The notes beneath the pieces were generated by a model that saw only the letters and a program-made list of their open reading frames with translations, did no database searches and was not told the origin of the DNA. From positions 5,068 through 69,067 of the forward strand of contig CAYWEN010000003.1 of NCBI GenBank assembly GCA_964457545.1: DNA of 64,000 nt, written 5' to 3'. Position 1 is the stretch's first letter. Every line of letters starts with the position of its first letter. Below, in pieces: positions 30,249 to 41,169 of this stretch. Source of the DNA: an uncultured Desulfobacterales bacterium (GTDB lineage: Bacteria; Desulfobacterota; DSM-4660; Desulfatiglandales; Desulfatiglandaceae). The translations under genes and the position numbers were made by a program.

Positions 30249-31097
30249 TTAAGCAAAAAACATAAATACATACAGCACAGGGACAGCAAAAATAAGACCG
30301 TCTGTCCTGTCAAGAATTCCTCCGTGTCCTGGAAGCAAGTTGCCAGAATCTTTTACTCCTGAATTGCGCTTTAGAAGCGATTCCGCCAAATCACCCATCT
30401 GTTCCGCCACAGATATGGCAAGAGCAAGGACAAAGAGATCTGTATCCATTTTGCAGGGAATGAAAAACATGGCAAACACCAGACATGCAGCAAGACTTGA
30501 TAGAAGCCCTCCAATTGCGCCTTCCCAGGTTTTATTGGGGCTTACAATCTTGTGCATCTTATGTCTGCCAAAGATTCTGCCTGTATAAAAGGCACCTGTA
30601 TCACTTGCAATAACTGTACAGAGCAGAAATAAAATCCAGATCTTTCCTTCTGAATGTTGATCTATTGTTATAAGCATGGAAAAGGGAAGACAGGTGTAAA
30701 TCAGGGCAAGCAGTGTGACTGAAATTTCAGAGGTGACGTTCTCGCAGGGCGAAGGAGCACAAATAACAGCTATGCTCATAGGTAAAAATGCCCACAGAGC
30801 AATAATAACCGGAATAAAATAGATAAGTCTTAGGTAGACACATGCAAATAACAGGACAGACAGAAAGGCATTGGTCCAGTAAAGAAATTTGTGCTTTTTC
30901 AGGAATGTAATCTGGTGAAATTCGTTTAACGCTGTGAGAGATACTGCAACAATGGTAAGGTAAAATATATATCTTGGTGCAAAACCAATAATATATATCA
31001 AAACCGGAAACATTATGATAGCGGTGATCCAGCGTTTTAGATGTGAGTTCAGTCCCCTGCCGGAGCTTTTTCGTAACTGGTTAGATTGATCTGTCAT
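30249..31097 (-). CDS. cdsA: Phosphatidate cytidylyltransferase
   Basis: Multi-TM protein with the C-terminal CTP-transferase signature SLLKR..GVKDSGNLLPGHGGILDR.D. ATG 31097 avoids overlap with uppS; the listed ORF extends to 31199. Confidence 0.85.
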   Translation of the reverse strand: MTDQSNQLRKSSGRGLNSHLKRWITAIIMFPVLIYIIGFAPRYIFYLTIVAVSLTALNEFHQITFLKKHKFLYWTNAFLSVLLFACVYLRLIYFIPVIIALWAFLPMSIAVICAPSPCENVTSEISVTLLALIYTCLPFSMLITIDQHSEGKIWILFLLCTVIASDTGAFYTGRIFGRHKMHKIVSPNKTWEGAIGGLLSSLAACLVFAMFFIPCKMDTDLFVLALAISVAEQMGDLAESLLKRNSGVKDSGNLLPGHGGILDRTDGLIFAVPVLYVFMFFA

Positions 31098-31101
31098 GTT
31101 T

Positions 31102-31815
31102 TCAGACCCTGCCAAAGCGCCTTTCTCTTTTTTGAAATTCTTTAATGGCCATAATAAAATCACTTTTGGTGAAATCAGGCCACAATGTTTTTGTGACAAA
31201 TATCTCTGTATAGGCCAATTGCCATAATAAAAAATTGCTGATTCTGAATTCTCCTCCGGTTCTTATCAGTAAATCAGGATCAGGGATGTCAGAGGTATAC
31301 AGATATTTTGAGACAAGGTCTTCTGAAATATCCATATCGCCTGAATTATGATAAAATCTGTCAATAATTTTTTTTACTGCATCCACTATTTCCTGTCTGC
31401 CGCCATAACTTATGGCAAGAGTCAACACCATTTTATCATTTGACCGGGTTTTTTTGATAGTGTCAAGAAGTATGGTCCTTGCGTCAGAAGGCAGTTTTTC
31501 GATTCTTCCAATACAGTTTAGGCGGATGCCCGTTCTTTGCATCTCATTTAATTCCTTGTGCAGAAAAACAACAAGCAAATTCATCAGGGCGTCTATTTCT
31601 GTCTGTGAACGGTTCCAGTTTTCTTCTGAAAAGGCATAAAGGGTCAAAAATCTTATTTCAAGCTCACGGCATACCTCTACTACCTTTCTCACCGCTTCTG
31701 CCCCGGTCTGGTGACCCTTGAATCGTTTCCATCCTCTGTTTTTGGCCCATCGACCGTTTCCATCCATTATAATTGCAACATGTTCAGGTAGCTTATCAAG
31801 GTCAATTGTATGCAT
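31102..31815 (-). CDS. uppS: Isoprenyl transferase (undecaprenyl-diphosphate synthase)
   Basis: HVAIIMDGNGRWA, LTLYAFSEENW and RTGGE.R.SNFLLWQ motifs, 237 aa. Confidence 0.9.
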   Translation of the reverse strand: MHTIDLDKLPEHVAIIMDGNGRWAKNRGWKRFKGHQTGAEAVRKVVEVCRELEIRFLTLYAFSEENWNRSQTEIDALMNLLVVFLHKELNEMQRTGIRLNCIGRIEKLPSDARTILLDTIKKTRSNDKMVLTLAISYGGRQEIVDAVKKIIDRFYHNSGDMDISEDLVSKYLYTSDIPDPDLLIRTGGEFRISNFLLWQLAYTEIFVTKTLWPDFTKSDFIMAIKEFQKRERRFGRV

Positions 31816-32013
31816 AATAAATCTGGTTAAATCTTGCGAGTCACTTGTCTGTCAATTTTCATTATTCCGGAAATTATACCATTGATTGTTTGTTGAAAAT
31901 GAGAAGTGCCGCCCTGCAAAGATCAATATCGTCGATTCACATATCAGTTTTCAGTGTGAAGATATCCGGAGAGCAGTCGGTACATAAGGTGATCTCTTCA
32001 GATCAGACAGCCT

Positions 32014-32184
32014 CCAATCCATAACTGGCAACACTTTGCAATGTCTGCATCAATTTGCAGCATTCCCTTGCATGAGACTGGAGCACGTCTTCGTGCCCCT
32101 GATCTTTTTTGATCTTGTACAAACCTTTTTGTTTTCGGACAGAAACCTTTCTGTTGCCAAAATTGATTTGTGGATGGGCACTAC
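32014..32184 (-). repeat. Dispersed intergenic repeat family, full copy (reverse orientation)
   Basis: CCAATCCATAACTGGCAACACTTTGCAATG ... GATCTTTTTTGATCTTGTACAAACCTTTTTG ... GATTTGTGGATGGGCACTAC. It is collinear with the copy at 19021. Confidence 0.7.
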
Positions 32185-32929
32185 ATAAGTTGTAAAAAAA
32201 TACCGCTTGCTTATATGGATGGAAAAATCATACTGGCTTGCAGCCAGGGAGAGATTGTCCGAAAACAATGATTTTCTTGAAATTATGGTTTGCCATGTCT
32301 CCACATATCAGTAGTCAATATTTCTACGATAATTTTTTTATGTGATACATAATTTACCATAAGAAGATACAGAACCGTTCCTTGAAACCGGACTGTATTT
32401 TTTTATGCCCGCAGATAGCCTGATAACCTGAATATGGCCATACCGGTTTGGGAAGGATCTATGCCAGGACAGCCTCCTGCAACAATGCATATGCACAAGG
32501 ATGAAAGCAATGCTTCTGAAAGAGTGGCAGCAGAAATTTTATCAGGGAATAATATCTTTAAAAATCATCAGCCTTGCTGTAAAGGCTGCTTTTTTAGATC
32601 ATTTAAGATTCAGGGCCACTTGCATGATATGGTATTGCCTGTCTGCTGCCTGCCAGGAACAGACAGGCCGGATTGAAATGTTTTAAGGGTTTGTCGTCTG
32701 GATTGTTGCCTTTCCTTTTGATGTGTAGTCCTATGGGCAGGATGCCTGATCCTGTAAAAAGATGTTATTGATAAAACAAAAAAACACAGTGTCAAGCGGC
32801 GGGACTGAACACGTAAAGAAGTAGAAAATTGCAAAAAGCCATTGGTGAATGTAAACCCTGCATTGACTGAAGCTTTATTTGTGGATGAACGCCCATTATT
32901 TTCATGGGTCATTGGCTGAATCTGCAGGG

Positions 32930-33487
32930 TTAAAATTCAAGGATTTCTTTTTCTTTCTCGGCTGTAATATCATTTATCTTTTTGATAAAATCGTCCGTGA
33001 TTTTCTGTACTTCATCATGGCTTTTGTGAAAATCATCTTCTGAAATTTCTTTGTTGTTTTTTAGTTCCTTAAACATATCATTGGCATCACGCCTGTGGTT
33101 TCTTATAGAAATCTTTGCTTCTTCAGCTATTTTTTTTGCAACTTTTAACAGGTCCTTACGTCTTTCCTCTGTCAGAGGGGGCACAGACAGTCTGATGATT
33201 TTGCCATCATTCATGGGAGTCAATCCCAAATCTGATTTCAGAATGCTTTTCTCAATTTCGCCAAGAATAGATTGATCCCACGGCTGAATCATTATAAGGC
33301 GGCTTTCAGGTACTGATATGGATGCCACCTGATCAAGAGGCATTAGGGTTTCATAGCAGTTTACCTTTATTCCGTCCAGCAAATTTGCAGAAGCCCTTCC
33401 GGTCCTTATCCTGCCAAATTCCCTTTTAAGCGCTTCAATGCTTTTGGTCATGTTTTCCCGTAATTCAGAAAGTATTTGCTCTTTCAT
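32930..33487 (-). CDS. frr: Ribosome recycling factor
   Basis: 185 aa with ..[19 protein letters not shown]......[10 protein letters not shown]...IQPWD, the typical Frr pattern. Confidence 0.95.
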   Translation of the reverse strand: MKEQILSELRENMTKSIEALKREFGRIRTGRASANLLDGIKVNCYETLMPLDQVASISVPESRLIMIQPWDQSILGEIEKSILKSDLGLTPMNDGKIIRLSVPPLTEERRKDLLKVAKKIAEEAKISIRNHRRDANDMFKELKNNKEISEDDFHKSHDEVQKITDDFIKKINDITAEKEKEILEF

Positions 33488-33542
33488 GATCTATCCTCAA
33501 CTGCGATTTTGTTTAAATACAGTAAGATTCTGCGTATGCAAA

Positions 33543-33680
33543 TTGGTGCCCATCGAGAAACAGATTACGGTTGCTGTTTTGTTTCCACCCATAAATGAGA
33601 ATTTTTGTGCAAGGACAGGGAATCCCGCGTGAATTGTACGCCGGTATTGTGCAAAAAGGCCATTTATGGATAGAAACAGG
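33543..33680 (+). repeat. Dispersed intergenic repeat family, short variant (forward orientation)
   Basis: TTGGTGCCCATCGAGAAACAGATT...CCACCCATAAATGAGAATTTTTGTGCAAGGAC...ATTGTGCAAAAAGGCCATTTATGGATAGAAACAGG. The inner arms are an imperfect inverted repeat. It lies between frr and tsf, where pyrH is normally found. Confidence 0.8.
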
Positions 33681-33854
33681 TTATAGACAACTCTGTGTGT
33701 TTAGTACGCCGGAATGACAAGAGGTAATAACTGTAGATGGATTTTTACAAAGCTGTCATTTTGTGAAGGGATGTTCTCCCTGTGAATCCTGTTTTAATTT
33801 TTGCAAGGTGGTCAGATAGCCGAACCTGTAAAAACAATGATCTGCAAAATTGTT

Positions 33855-34448
33855 TTATTCTCCTAACTGATAACGGACAAAACGTCTTATCTCTATTTTT
33901 TCCCCTGTCTTGGCTATCATTTCATTAAGCAGGTCATGAACAGTAATGTCAGGGTTTTTTACAAAGGGTTGTTCAAGCAGACACACTTCAGAAAAAAATT
34001 TTTTCAGTTTTCCTTCAACGATCTTTTCAAGAATTTTTTCTGGTTTACCTGATTCTTTTGCCTGAGTAAGATAAATATCTTTTTCTTTTGCTATTACATC
34101 TGCCGGAACTCCTTCCTGGTCAATGGCAATGGGATTGGATGCCGCTATATGCATTGCAACATCTTTTGCAAAGGTGGCGAAATCATCTGTTTTGGCAGTA
34201 AAGTCTGTCTCACAGTTGATTTCAACCAGCACTCCCAGCTTTCCTCCTGCATGTATATATGATTCTATCCGTCCTTCAGAAACGGCTCTCCCTCCTCGTT
34301 TCATAGCGGTTGCAATACCCTTTTTTCTTAGATATTCTACGGCCTTGTCTATGTTGCCGTTGCATTCTTTAAGGGCCTTTTTGCAATCCATGATTCCAAC
34401 ACCGGTTTTGCCTCTTAACTCTTTAATTAATGTAGTAGAAATGTCCAT
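33855..34448 (-). CDS. tsf: Elongation factor Ts (short, about 200-aa form)
   Basis: The N-terminal UBA-like LIKELRGKTGVGIMDCKKAL.ECNGNIDKAVEYLRKKG and the dimerisation core, 197 aa. Confidence 0.9.
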   Translation of the reverse strand: MDISTTLIKELRGKTGVGIMDCKKALKECNGNIDKAVEYLRKKGIATAMKRGGRAVSEGRIESYIHAGGKLGVLVEINCETDFTAKTDDFATFAKDVAMHIAASNPIAIDQEGVPADVIAKEKDIYLTQAKESGKPEKILEKIVEGKLKKFFSEVCLLEQPFVKNPDITVHDLLNEMIAKTGEKIEIRRFVRYQLGE

Positions 34449-34716
34449 TCAACAGAATCCTCCAAAGATTAGTGCGTGCCCGTCCACATATGATTTCGTG
34501 GCACAGCGGAATTTTTTGATTTTTTTATCCGTTAAGTGCTTGCCTTCGCTGTCTTGCAGCAAGTTTCATCCTCGGAAACGGGATGCTGGCTTATATCAGG
34601 TAGTTGTCCTGTAGTTACAGTGATATGTTTTGCAAGCCCTGTGAAAAATTGCCATTACAGCAAGACGTCATACATTGACAGTCCCTAAGGAACCAGCCAA
34701 TGTATGATGCAGAAAA

Positions 34717-35562
34717 TCATTTTTGTTCAATAACGGCCTCATCCTTTTGTTCCTTTGGAATCACAATTACTTCCGGACCTTTTTCATCTCCTTTATGTTT
34801 TTTTTCATCCTCGGTTTTGGCCTGTTCTTCTTCCTGTTCTTTTTTGCGCAATTCTGCCTCAAGTTTTAGGCGTTCTTCTGCTCGTTCATGACCTTCTACG
34901 CACGCATCTGCAATTTTTGAAGAGATCAGCCTGATTGCCCTTATGGCATCGTCATTGCCCGGAATTACAAAATCAACATCGTCAGGATCACAGTTGGAAT
35001 CTACTATGGCAATAACAGGTATTTTCAATTTTCTGGCTTCTTTGACCGCTATTTTCTCTTTTTTGGGGTCAACGATAAAAACAGCGCCAGGCAGGCTGTC
35101 CATATTTTTAAAACCACCCAGATTTTTTTCAAGTTTTATTCTTTCTTTTTCAAGCTTCAGGGCCTCTTTTTTGGTATAGCGGTTTATAGATCCATCTGCC
35201 TGCATTGCCTCCAATTCTTTCAGACGTGTAATACTTTTCTTGATGGTCTGAAAATTGGTCAACGTCCCTCCCAGCCAGCGATTGACTACATAAAACATGC
35301 CACAGCGTTCACTTTCTTCTATTATCGAGTCATGTGCCTGTTTTTTAGTGCCTACAAACAGCACTGAATATCCGTCAGCCACTATTTTGGAGGTGAAATC
35401 ATAGGCAATCTTGAACAGTCTTACCGTTTTTTGAAGATCAATAATATGTATTCCATTACGGGCCCCAAAGATATACGGTTTCATCTTGGGATTCCATCGT
35501 CTTGTCTGATGACCGAAATGCACGCCTGCTTCCAAAAGTTGTTTCATGGTTATTACTGCCAT
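34717..35562 (-). CDS. rpsB: 30S ribosomal protein S2 with a Lys/Glu-rich C-terminal tail
   Basis: [27 protein letters not shown] from ATG 35562, with GGAGAAA upstream. The listed ORF extends to 35601. The C-terminal 50 or so aa are highly charged ([33 protein letters not shown]). Confidence 0.95.
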   Translation of the reverse strand: MAVITMKQLLEAGVHFGHQTRRWNPKMKPYIFGARNGIHIIDLQKTVRLFKIAYDFTSKIVADGYSVLFVGTKKQAHDSIIEESERCGMFYVVNRWLGGTLTNFQTIKKSITRLKELEAMQADGSINRYTKKEALKLEKERIKLEKNLGGFKNMDSLPGAVFIVDPKKEKIAVKEARKLKIPVIAIVDSNCDPDDVDFVIPGNDDAIRAIRLISSKIADACVEGHERAEERLKLEAELRKKEQEEEQAKTEDEKKHKGDEKGPEVIVIPKEQKDEAVIEQK

Positions 35563-36103
35563 TTTTCTCCTTTCTCCCCGGCCATGGCGGCCTGTTTGCA
35601 TGGGTTGTTCCTTGGTTCAGGCCATCGTTCTTTGTACACCTGAAATGAGGATGGTCAAGCGGATACATCCTGACCATCCCTGCAAATGGAAACACGTACG
35701 GTCATAACGGTTTGACGTGTTTTCATTTGTCAGGCACCTATGCATAAAACAGCAAAACCTTTTGTCGGGTTTTGAGGTTTTGCCAACCTGAACCTGCGAT
35801 TTGGTTTGCATGGTTTACAAACTTGTAATCAGGGTATGAATTTCTTTCTGGTTGTTTTATCCTTGTAAAGGCAGTCATGCCGGTTATGATGATACTGTCA
35901 AAGGCAAATACGGCCGATTTGCATAACTTCATGCCAGCCTGTGGACAGCACTGTTGGTTTTTTCTGTACAGCAACCCAACAATGATTTTTAATCCACCTG
36001 ATCATGTATCCCAGTCTGAAATTCAAACTTGTTTATTTAACATTGAAACAGAGGCTTTGCAAGCAAAAACTGTTGTTCTTTTTAAAGCTGGAGGTCTTTA
36101 TAT

Positions 36104-37273
36104 ATGGAAAAAAGCTGGAAACTACTTGCAGTCAGACAACGCCTTGACAAAATGGAACAGGAGCGATTTTCTCAATGGGCCTGTCTCAGCAGAGAGGCAA
36201 TACGTGAAAAAGAAGAAAAATCAGTCGAATATGGTCACAGACAAAATTTTTCTGTAGACACTGACCGTATCCTTCATTCACTTGCCTTCTCACGTTATAT
36301 TGACAAGACTCAGGTCTTTTTTCTAATTGAGAATGATCATATAACACACCGTGTTCTGCATGTTCAACTGGTTTCCAAAATTGCAAGAACTCTTGGCCGT
36401 ATTTTAAGGCTGAACGAGGATTTGATCGAGGCCATAGCCTTGGGCCACGATATTGGACATACACCTTTTGGTCATGATGGAGAAAAATTCCTTTCCATGC
36501 AGTGCAGGGCGCATGGTATTCAAAACTTTTTGCACAACGTACAAAGTGTGAGATTTTTGCAGAAGATCGAAAAAAAGGGAGCGGGTTTGAATCTGAGCCT
36601 GCAGACTCTGGATGGAATACTGTGTCATGACGGAGAGCTGCACTGCGAAAAACTGAATCCGGAAAAGAATAAGACCTTTGAAACTCTTAGAAAAGAGATA
36701 AGGAAAAAGAAGGCTGATCCCTCTGTTGATCTTTTACCTATGACCATGGAGGGATGTATAGTAAGGATGGCCGACACAATCAGTTACATTGGTAAAGACA
36801 TTGAGGATGCAATTAGGCTTGGATTGATAACAAGAAATGATCTTCCGGATGATTGCACAAAAATCCTTGGCAAGACAAACGGAACAATAGTGTACACCCT
36901 TGTGGAAGATCTGGCATTTAACAGTATGGACAAGCCCTGCGTGAGTTTCAGCAGGGAAGTTGGTTTGGCATTGAAAAAGCTGAAACAGTTTAATGAAAAA
37001 AACATATATAACAATCCTCGCATAAAAGATCAGAATCCAAAGATAATGCTCATGTTTGAACTTTTGTTCAACAGATATATGAAGGCCCTTGAAACAGGAG
37101 ACAAAACATCTGCCATCTATTCAGGTTTTTTAAATGGTATGTCAGAAAAATATAAAGAAACCACACCGTTGCCATGTATTGTGCGTGATTTTATAGCAGG
37201 AATGACGGACAAATATTTTTTAAACCAGTGTAAAACAAACCTGTTTCCAAATAAAATCATCCTGTCTTCCTGA
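36104..37273 (+). CDS. HD-domain dNTP triphosphohydrolase-like protein (dGTPase family)
   Basis: HRVLHVQLV...ALGHDIGHTPFGHDGE is the HD motif of the dGTPase family, 389 aa. The exact start is uncertain. Confidence 0.75.
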   Translation: MEKSWKLLAVRQRLDKMEQERFSQWACLSREAIREKEEKSVEYGHRQNFSVDTDRILHSLAFSRYIDKTQVFFLIENDHITHRVLHVQLVSKIARTLGRILRLNEDLIEAIALGHDIGHTPFGHDGEKFLSMQCRAHGIQNFLHNVQSVRFLQKIEKKGAGLNLSLQTLDGILCHDGELHCEKLNPEKNKTFETLRKEIRKKKADPSVDLLPMTMEGCIVRMADTISYIGKDIEDAIRLGLITRNDLPDDCTKILGKTNGTIVYTLVEDLAFNSMDKPCVSFSREVGLALKKLKQFNEKNIYNNPRIKDQNPKIMLMFELLFNRYMKALETGDKTSAIYSGFLNGMSEKYKETTPLPCIVRDFIAGMTDKYFLNQCKTNLFPNKIILSS

Positions 37274-37490
37274 CCGGTTTTCATCCATAAATGGTCTTGA
37301 TATTGCAAAAAGAGATTGTGTACTGTCGGGTTGTTTTCCCTGTTTGTGTGTGAAGATATCTTTTCTGAAACAGGTTTGTGAAGACCCGGTTTATACAGAC
37401 AGTATGGATGGAATTTGTATGATAGTATCAATAATAATCACAAACAGTTCGGAATTCAGGATGTAGTATAAAACCACAATGGAGCGAGAT

Positions 37491-38918
37491 ATGTTAAACA
37501 AAACAAAGGTCATTGCAACTATTGGTCCGGTATCAAAGAGCAAGAGCATGCTGAGGAAACTCATTACAGTTGGCATGAATGTGGCGAGAATAAATTTTTC
37601 TCATGGCGACTATGAAGAACACAGGAATGTGATTATGACAATACGTGAACTGTCAAAGGAAATGAACAGGCCTGTGGGTATACTTGTTGATCTTCAGGGT
37701 CCCAAAATAAGGACATCCACACTGAAAGATGGCAAACCTGTCCTGCTAAGAAAAAATGAGATTATAAAAATAACTGCAAGAGAGGTTGAAGGGACTGAAA
37801 AACTTATAGGGACAACCTATAAAAATTTGGTAAAGGACGTGAAGGAAAAAGACAAGATCCTTATTGATGATGGCCTGATTGAACTCAGGGTTCTATCCAA
37901 GGACAAGGATACTGTTACATGCAAGATTATTCACGGAGGGCTTTTGAAAGAACATAAAGGTATAAATCTGCCCGGGGTCAAGGTTTCGGCGTCTTCTCTG
38001 ACAGAGAAGGATAAAAAGGATCTTTTGTTTGGACTTGAACTGGGAGTGGATTTTTTTGCGCTTTCCTTTGTCAGGACAGCCAAAGATATACGAACCATCA
38101 AAGCAATAATAGCAAAGGAATCACCTCACAACGTTCCTGTTATTGCCAAAATAGAAAAACCGGAGGCAGTAACTAATCTGGATCAGATTTTGGAGATTGC
38201 AGATGGACTGATGGTGGCACGCGGTGATCTTGGAGTTGAACTTAGGCCGGAGTTGGTTCCTGCCATCCAGAAAGAGATTATCAGCAAGAGTGTTTTTGCG
38301 AACAAACCTGTAATAACAGCAACTCAAATGCTTGAGACCATGACTGAGAATCCCATTCCGACAAGGGCTGAGGCATCTGATGTGGCCAACGCCATTTATG
38401 ATGGCACGGATGCGGTTATGTTGTCCGGAGAAACTGCCGTTGGAAAGTATCCTGTCAAGGCTGTCCGTATGATGGTAAAGATTGCTTCAGAGACGGAAAA
38501 GTCACCTTTTATGAGATACAATATCCAGTACGACAAGGATCCTCATTATCTTGTTCCTCATGCAATAGCACAGTCTGCAGTCAATTCCCTTCATGAAGTG
38601 GGAGCAAAGGCAATCCTTGCCTTTTCTGTTTCAGGAAGTACTTCAAAACTGATTTCAAAACAACGTCCGTCAGCTTTCATATACAGCTTTTCTCCTTCAG
38701 AACGGATATATAATAGGCTTTCCATGGTGTGGGGTGTGTGTCCTTTTCTTATTCCACCCATAGATGATGCAAAAGGGATCATTATGGCGGGAGAAAAAAT
38801 TGTTATTGATAGAAAAGCTGTCAAGGATAATGATCTTGTTATAATAGTAACGGGCCTGGCTCTCAGGCAGGGGTCCACAAATATTGTAAAAATCCACAGA
38901 ATAGGCCATTTTGACTAA
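37491..38918 (+). CDS. pyk: Pyruvate kinase
   Basis: KTKVIATIGP, MNVARINFSHG, GPKIRT, MVARGDLGVE and MLSGETA motifs. ATG 37491 has GGAG 6 nt upstream; the listed ORF starts at 37479. Confidence 0.95.
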   Translation: MLNKTKVIATIGPVSKSKSMLRKLITVGMNVARINFSHGDYEEHRNVIMTIRELSKEMNRPVGILVDLQGPKIRTSTLKDGKPVLLRKNEIIKITAREVEGTEKLIGTTYKNLVKDVKEKDKILIDDGLIELRVLSKDKDTVTCKIIHGGLLKEHKGINLPGVKVSASSLTEKDKKDLLFGLELGVDFFALSFVRTAKDIRTIKAIIAKESPHNVPVIAKIEKPEAVTNLDQILEIADGLMVARGDLGVELRPELVPAIQKEIISKSVFANKPVITATQMLETMTENPIPTRAEASDVANAIYDGTDAVMLSGETAVGKYPVKAVRMMVKIASETEKSPFMRYNIQYDKDPHYLVPHAIAQSAVNSLHEVGAKAILAFSVSGSTSKLISKQRPSAFIYSFSPSERIYNRLSMVWGVCPFLIPPIDDAKGIIMAGEKIVIDRKAVKDNDLVIIVTGLALRQGSTNIVKIHRIGHFD

Positions 38919-39028
38919 TCAGTGTCCGCTCATGCATGGGTCACCTCAATCTTTTTGGTTTGCCTTGCCTGTTTGATTCCGGGCAGACATCTCGTTTATG
39001 AATAGGAACTGTTTATTCGGAGATTAAA

Positions 39029-40675
39029 ATGAAACTTACTGAATCAAAAGAGTGGAAAGCTCTTCAATTTCATTTTGAAGAGATGAAAGATGTGCATATC
39101 AAAGACCTGTTTGCAGATGATCCGGAAAGGGCAGGCAGGTTTACAGTGGAAGATATGGGGCTGTATGTAGATTATTCCAAGCACCGTATAACACAAAAGA
39201 CAATGGCTCTGCTTGTAAAACTGGCAGAGGCTTCAAATCTTAGAGGGGCTATAACAGATATGTTTGCAGGAAAAAAGATTAATATAACAGAAGATCGTCC
39301 TGTTTTGCATATAGCTCTGAGAAACCGTTCCAACACACCTGTATATGTTGACGGAAAGGATGTTATGCCCGGTGTTAATGCAGTGCTTGAAAAGATGAAA
39401 TCCTTTTCTGATGATATTCGTACAGGGAAAAGGAGGGGCTTTTCAGGCAAGAAAATAAAACATGTAATAAACATAGGCATTGGAGGCTCTGACCTCGGAC
39501 CATCCTTTGTGTGCGATGCCCTTAAATATTATTCGGACAGGGATATTAGCACATCTTTTGTATCCAATGTTGATCCGACACATATTACTGAAACACTTGG
39601 AGGAAAATCTCCTGATGAGACACTGTTTATAATTGCATCCAAGACCTTTACGACACAGGAAACAATGACAAATGCCAATACCGCCAGAAAATGGCTGATT
39701 GAGCATACAGGAGAGGAAAAATCGGTTGCATACCACTTTGTGGCTGTTTCAACCAGCAAGGAAAGGGTCAAGAATTTTGGGATAGATCCGGCCAACATGT
39801 TTGAGTTTTGGGACTGGGTTGGAGGGAGATATTCCCTGACATCTGCCATAGGATTGTCAATCATGATTTCCATCGGGCCTGACAACTTTTACGAGATGCT
39901 CGATGGTTTTCATGCAATGGACTGCCATTTCAAGGATACCCCTTTTGAAAAAAACATCCCTGTCTTATTGGCCCTTATAGGGATATGGTACAATAATTTT
40001 TTTGGGACAGAAACATATGCAATCCTTCCCTATGATCAGTATCTGAACAGGTTTCGTGCCTATCTTCAGCAGGCAGATATGGAAAGCAATGGAAAATCTG
40101 TTGACATGCAGGGTCAAAAAATAACCTATCAGACAGGACCTGTGATCTGGGGAGAACCTGGGACAAACGGCCAGCATGCATTTTACCAGTTGATACACCA
40201 GGGGACAAAACTTGTTCCTGCTGATTTTATCGGTTTTGCAACTTCTCTTAATCCCGAGGGGGATCACCATGCCAAGCTTATTTCAAACCTGTTTGCACAG
40301 ACAGAGGCTTTGGCTTTTGGAAAAGATGAAAAAGAGGTAAGGGCAGAAGGTACTGAGCACAGATTGATTCCATTTAAGGTGTTTGAAGGAAACCGCCCGA
40401 CCACCACAATTATGGCGGAGAGACTTACTCCTGCCATACTTGGCAAACTTGTTGCCATGTATGAACACAAGATATTTACTCAGGGAGTTATCTGGAATAT
40501 TAACTCCTTTGATCAATGGGGGGTTGAACTTGGCAAGGCCCTGGCAAACAGGATATTGCCTGAACTGACGTCAGACAAAGAGATGTCTGCGCATGATTCT
40601 TCAACCACAAATCTGATAAGATATTACAGAAGATTTGCCAGGAGAAACGGGAAATCACTGTCCGGGGCAAGATAG
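39029..40675 (+). CDS. pgi: Glucose-6-phosphate isomerase
   Basis: 548 aa with [23 protein letters not shown] and [15 protein letters not shown] motifs. SD GGAG lies upstream. Confidence 0.95.
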   Translation: MKLTESKEWKALQFHFEEMKDVHIKDLFADDPERAGRFTVEDMGLYVDYSKHRITQKTMALLVKLAEASNLRGAITDMFAGKKINITEDRPVLHIALRNRSNTPVYVDGKDVMPGVNAVLEKMKSFSDDIRTGKRRGFSGKKIKHVINIGIGGSDLGPSFVCDALKYYSDRDISTSFVSNVDPTHITETLGGKSPDETLFIIASKTFTTQETMTNANTARKWLIEHTGEEKSVAYHFVAVSTSKERVKNFGIDPANMFEFWDWVGGRYSLTSAIGLSIMISIGPDNFYEMLDGFHAMDCHFKDTPFEKNIPVLLALIGIWYNNFFGTETYAILPYDQYLNRFRAYLQQADMESNGKSVDMQGQKITYQTGPVIWGEPGTNGQHAFYQLIHQGTKLVPADFIGFATSLNPEGDHHAKLISNLFAQTEALAFGKDEKEVRAEGTEHRLIPFKVFEGNRPTTTIMAERLTPAILGKLVAMYEHKIFTQGVIWNINSFDQWGVELGKALANRILPELTSDKEMSAHDSSTTNLIRYYRRFARRNGKSLSGAR

Positions 40676-40758
40676 TCCCGGATTATGCAGTCAAGGTCAA
40701 GGAAAAATGAATTTGAGTTCTTCTTCAGGAGGTATGCTGCCTGGTTCAGATTTTACAG

Positions 40759-41169
40759 TCAATTCTTCAGGTCTTTTTGAGACTGATATTTACAACTTCC
40801 ATAAAGCAGTTTGAGTACAAGCACTTTTGTTGCCCAGCGTATAAAAGCCTTTGCATAATTGACACCCGCCAGATACATTCCCAGGATGAATGTCAGATGT
40901 GACATCAAATACATGAAAGGACCACCAATAACTATTATTAATGGTCTGTGAACATACCCCGCAACAATGCCAAGTATTGCAATGAACGGCCATCCTATTA
41001 TATAACTTATAAAAATAGCAAAAAGTCCGGCCATCTCTCTGCCAGTGGGCTTTTGCCTGAACTTGCTAAGGTCGGCATTATCTTTTAGCGCTGTTTGTAC
41101 AAAACGGGTCTTTACAATTCTGTTTGTAAATCTGCTTATGAAATTGTCAGCTTTTTCGTGCAATACCAT
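40759..41169 (-). CDS. Hypothetical small membrane protein (2-3 predicted TM helices)
   Basis: 136-aa ORF with hydrophobic segments LFAIFISYIIGWPFIAILGIVAGY and IIVIGGPFMYLMSHLTFILGMYLAG. No family recognised. Its start codon overlaps that of the divergent gene. Confidence 0.45.
   Translation of the reverse strand: MVLHEKADNFISRFTNRIVKTRFVQTALKDNADLSKFRQKPTGREMAGLFAIFISYIIGWPFIAILGIVAGYVHRPLIIVIGGPFMYLMSHLTFILGMYLAGVNYAKAFIRWATKVLVLKLLYGSCKYQSQKDLKN

Noticed and set aside
31816-32929. The 1.1-kb ORF-free gap as the site of a known housekeeping ncRNA (tmRNA, RNase P RNA, SRP RNA, 6S RNA) or a tRNA
   Set aside because: I found none of the hallmark strings: the RNase P GAGGAAAGTCC motif, the tmRNA tag plus T-arm/CCA end, the SRP GGAA-tetraloop helix, or the tRNA GGTTCRAnnCC T-loop. 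Much of the gap is explained by repeat copies. An unknown ncRNA remains possible.
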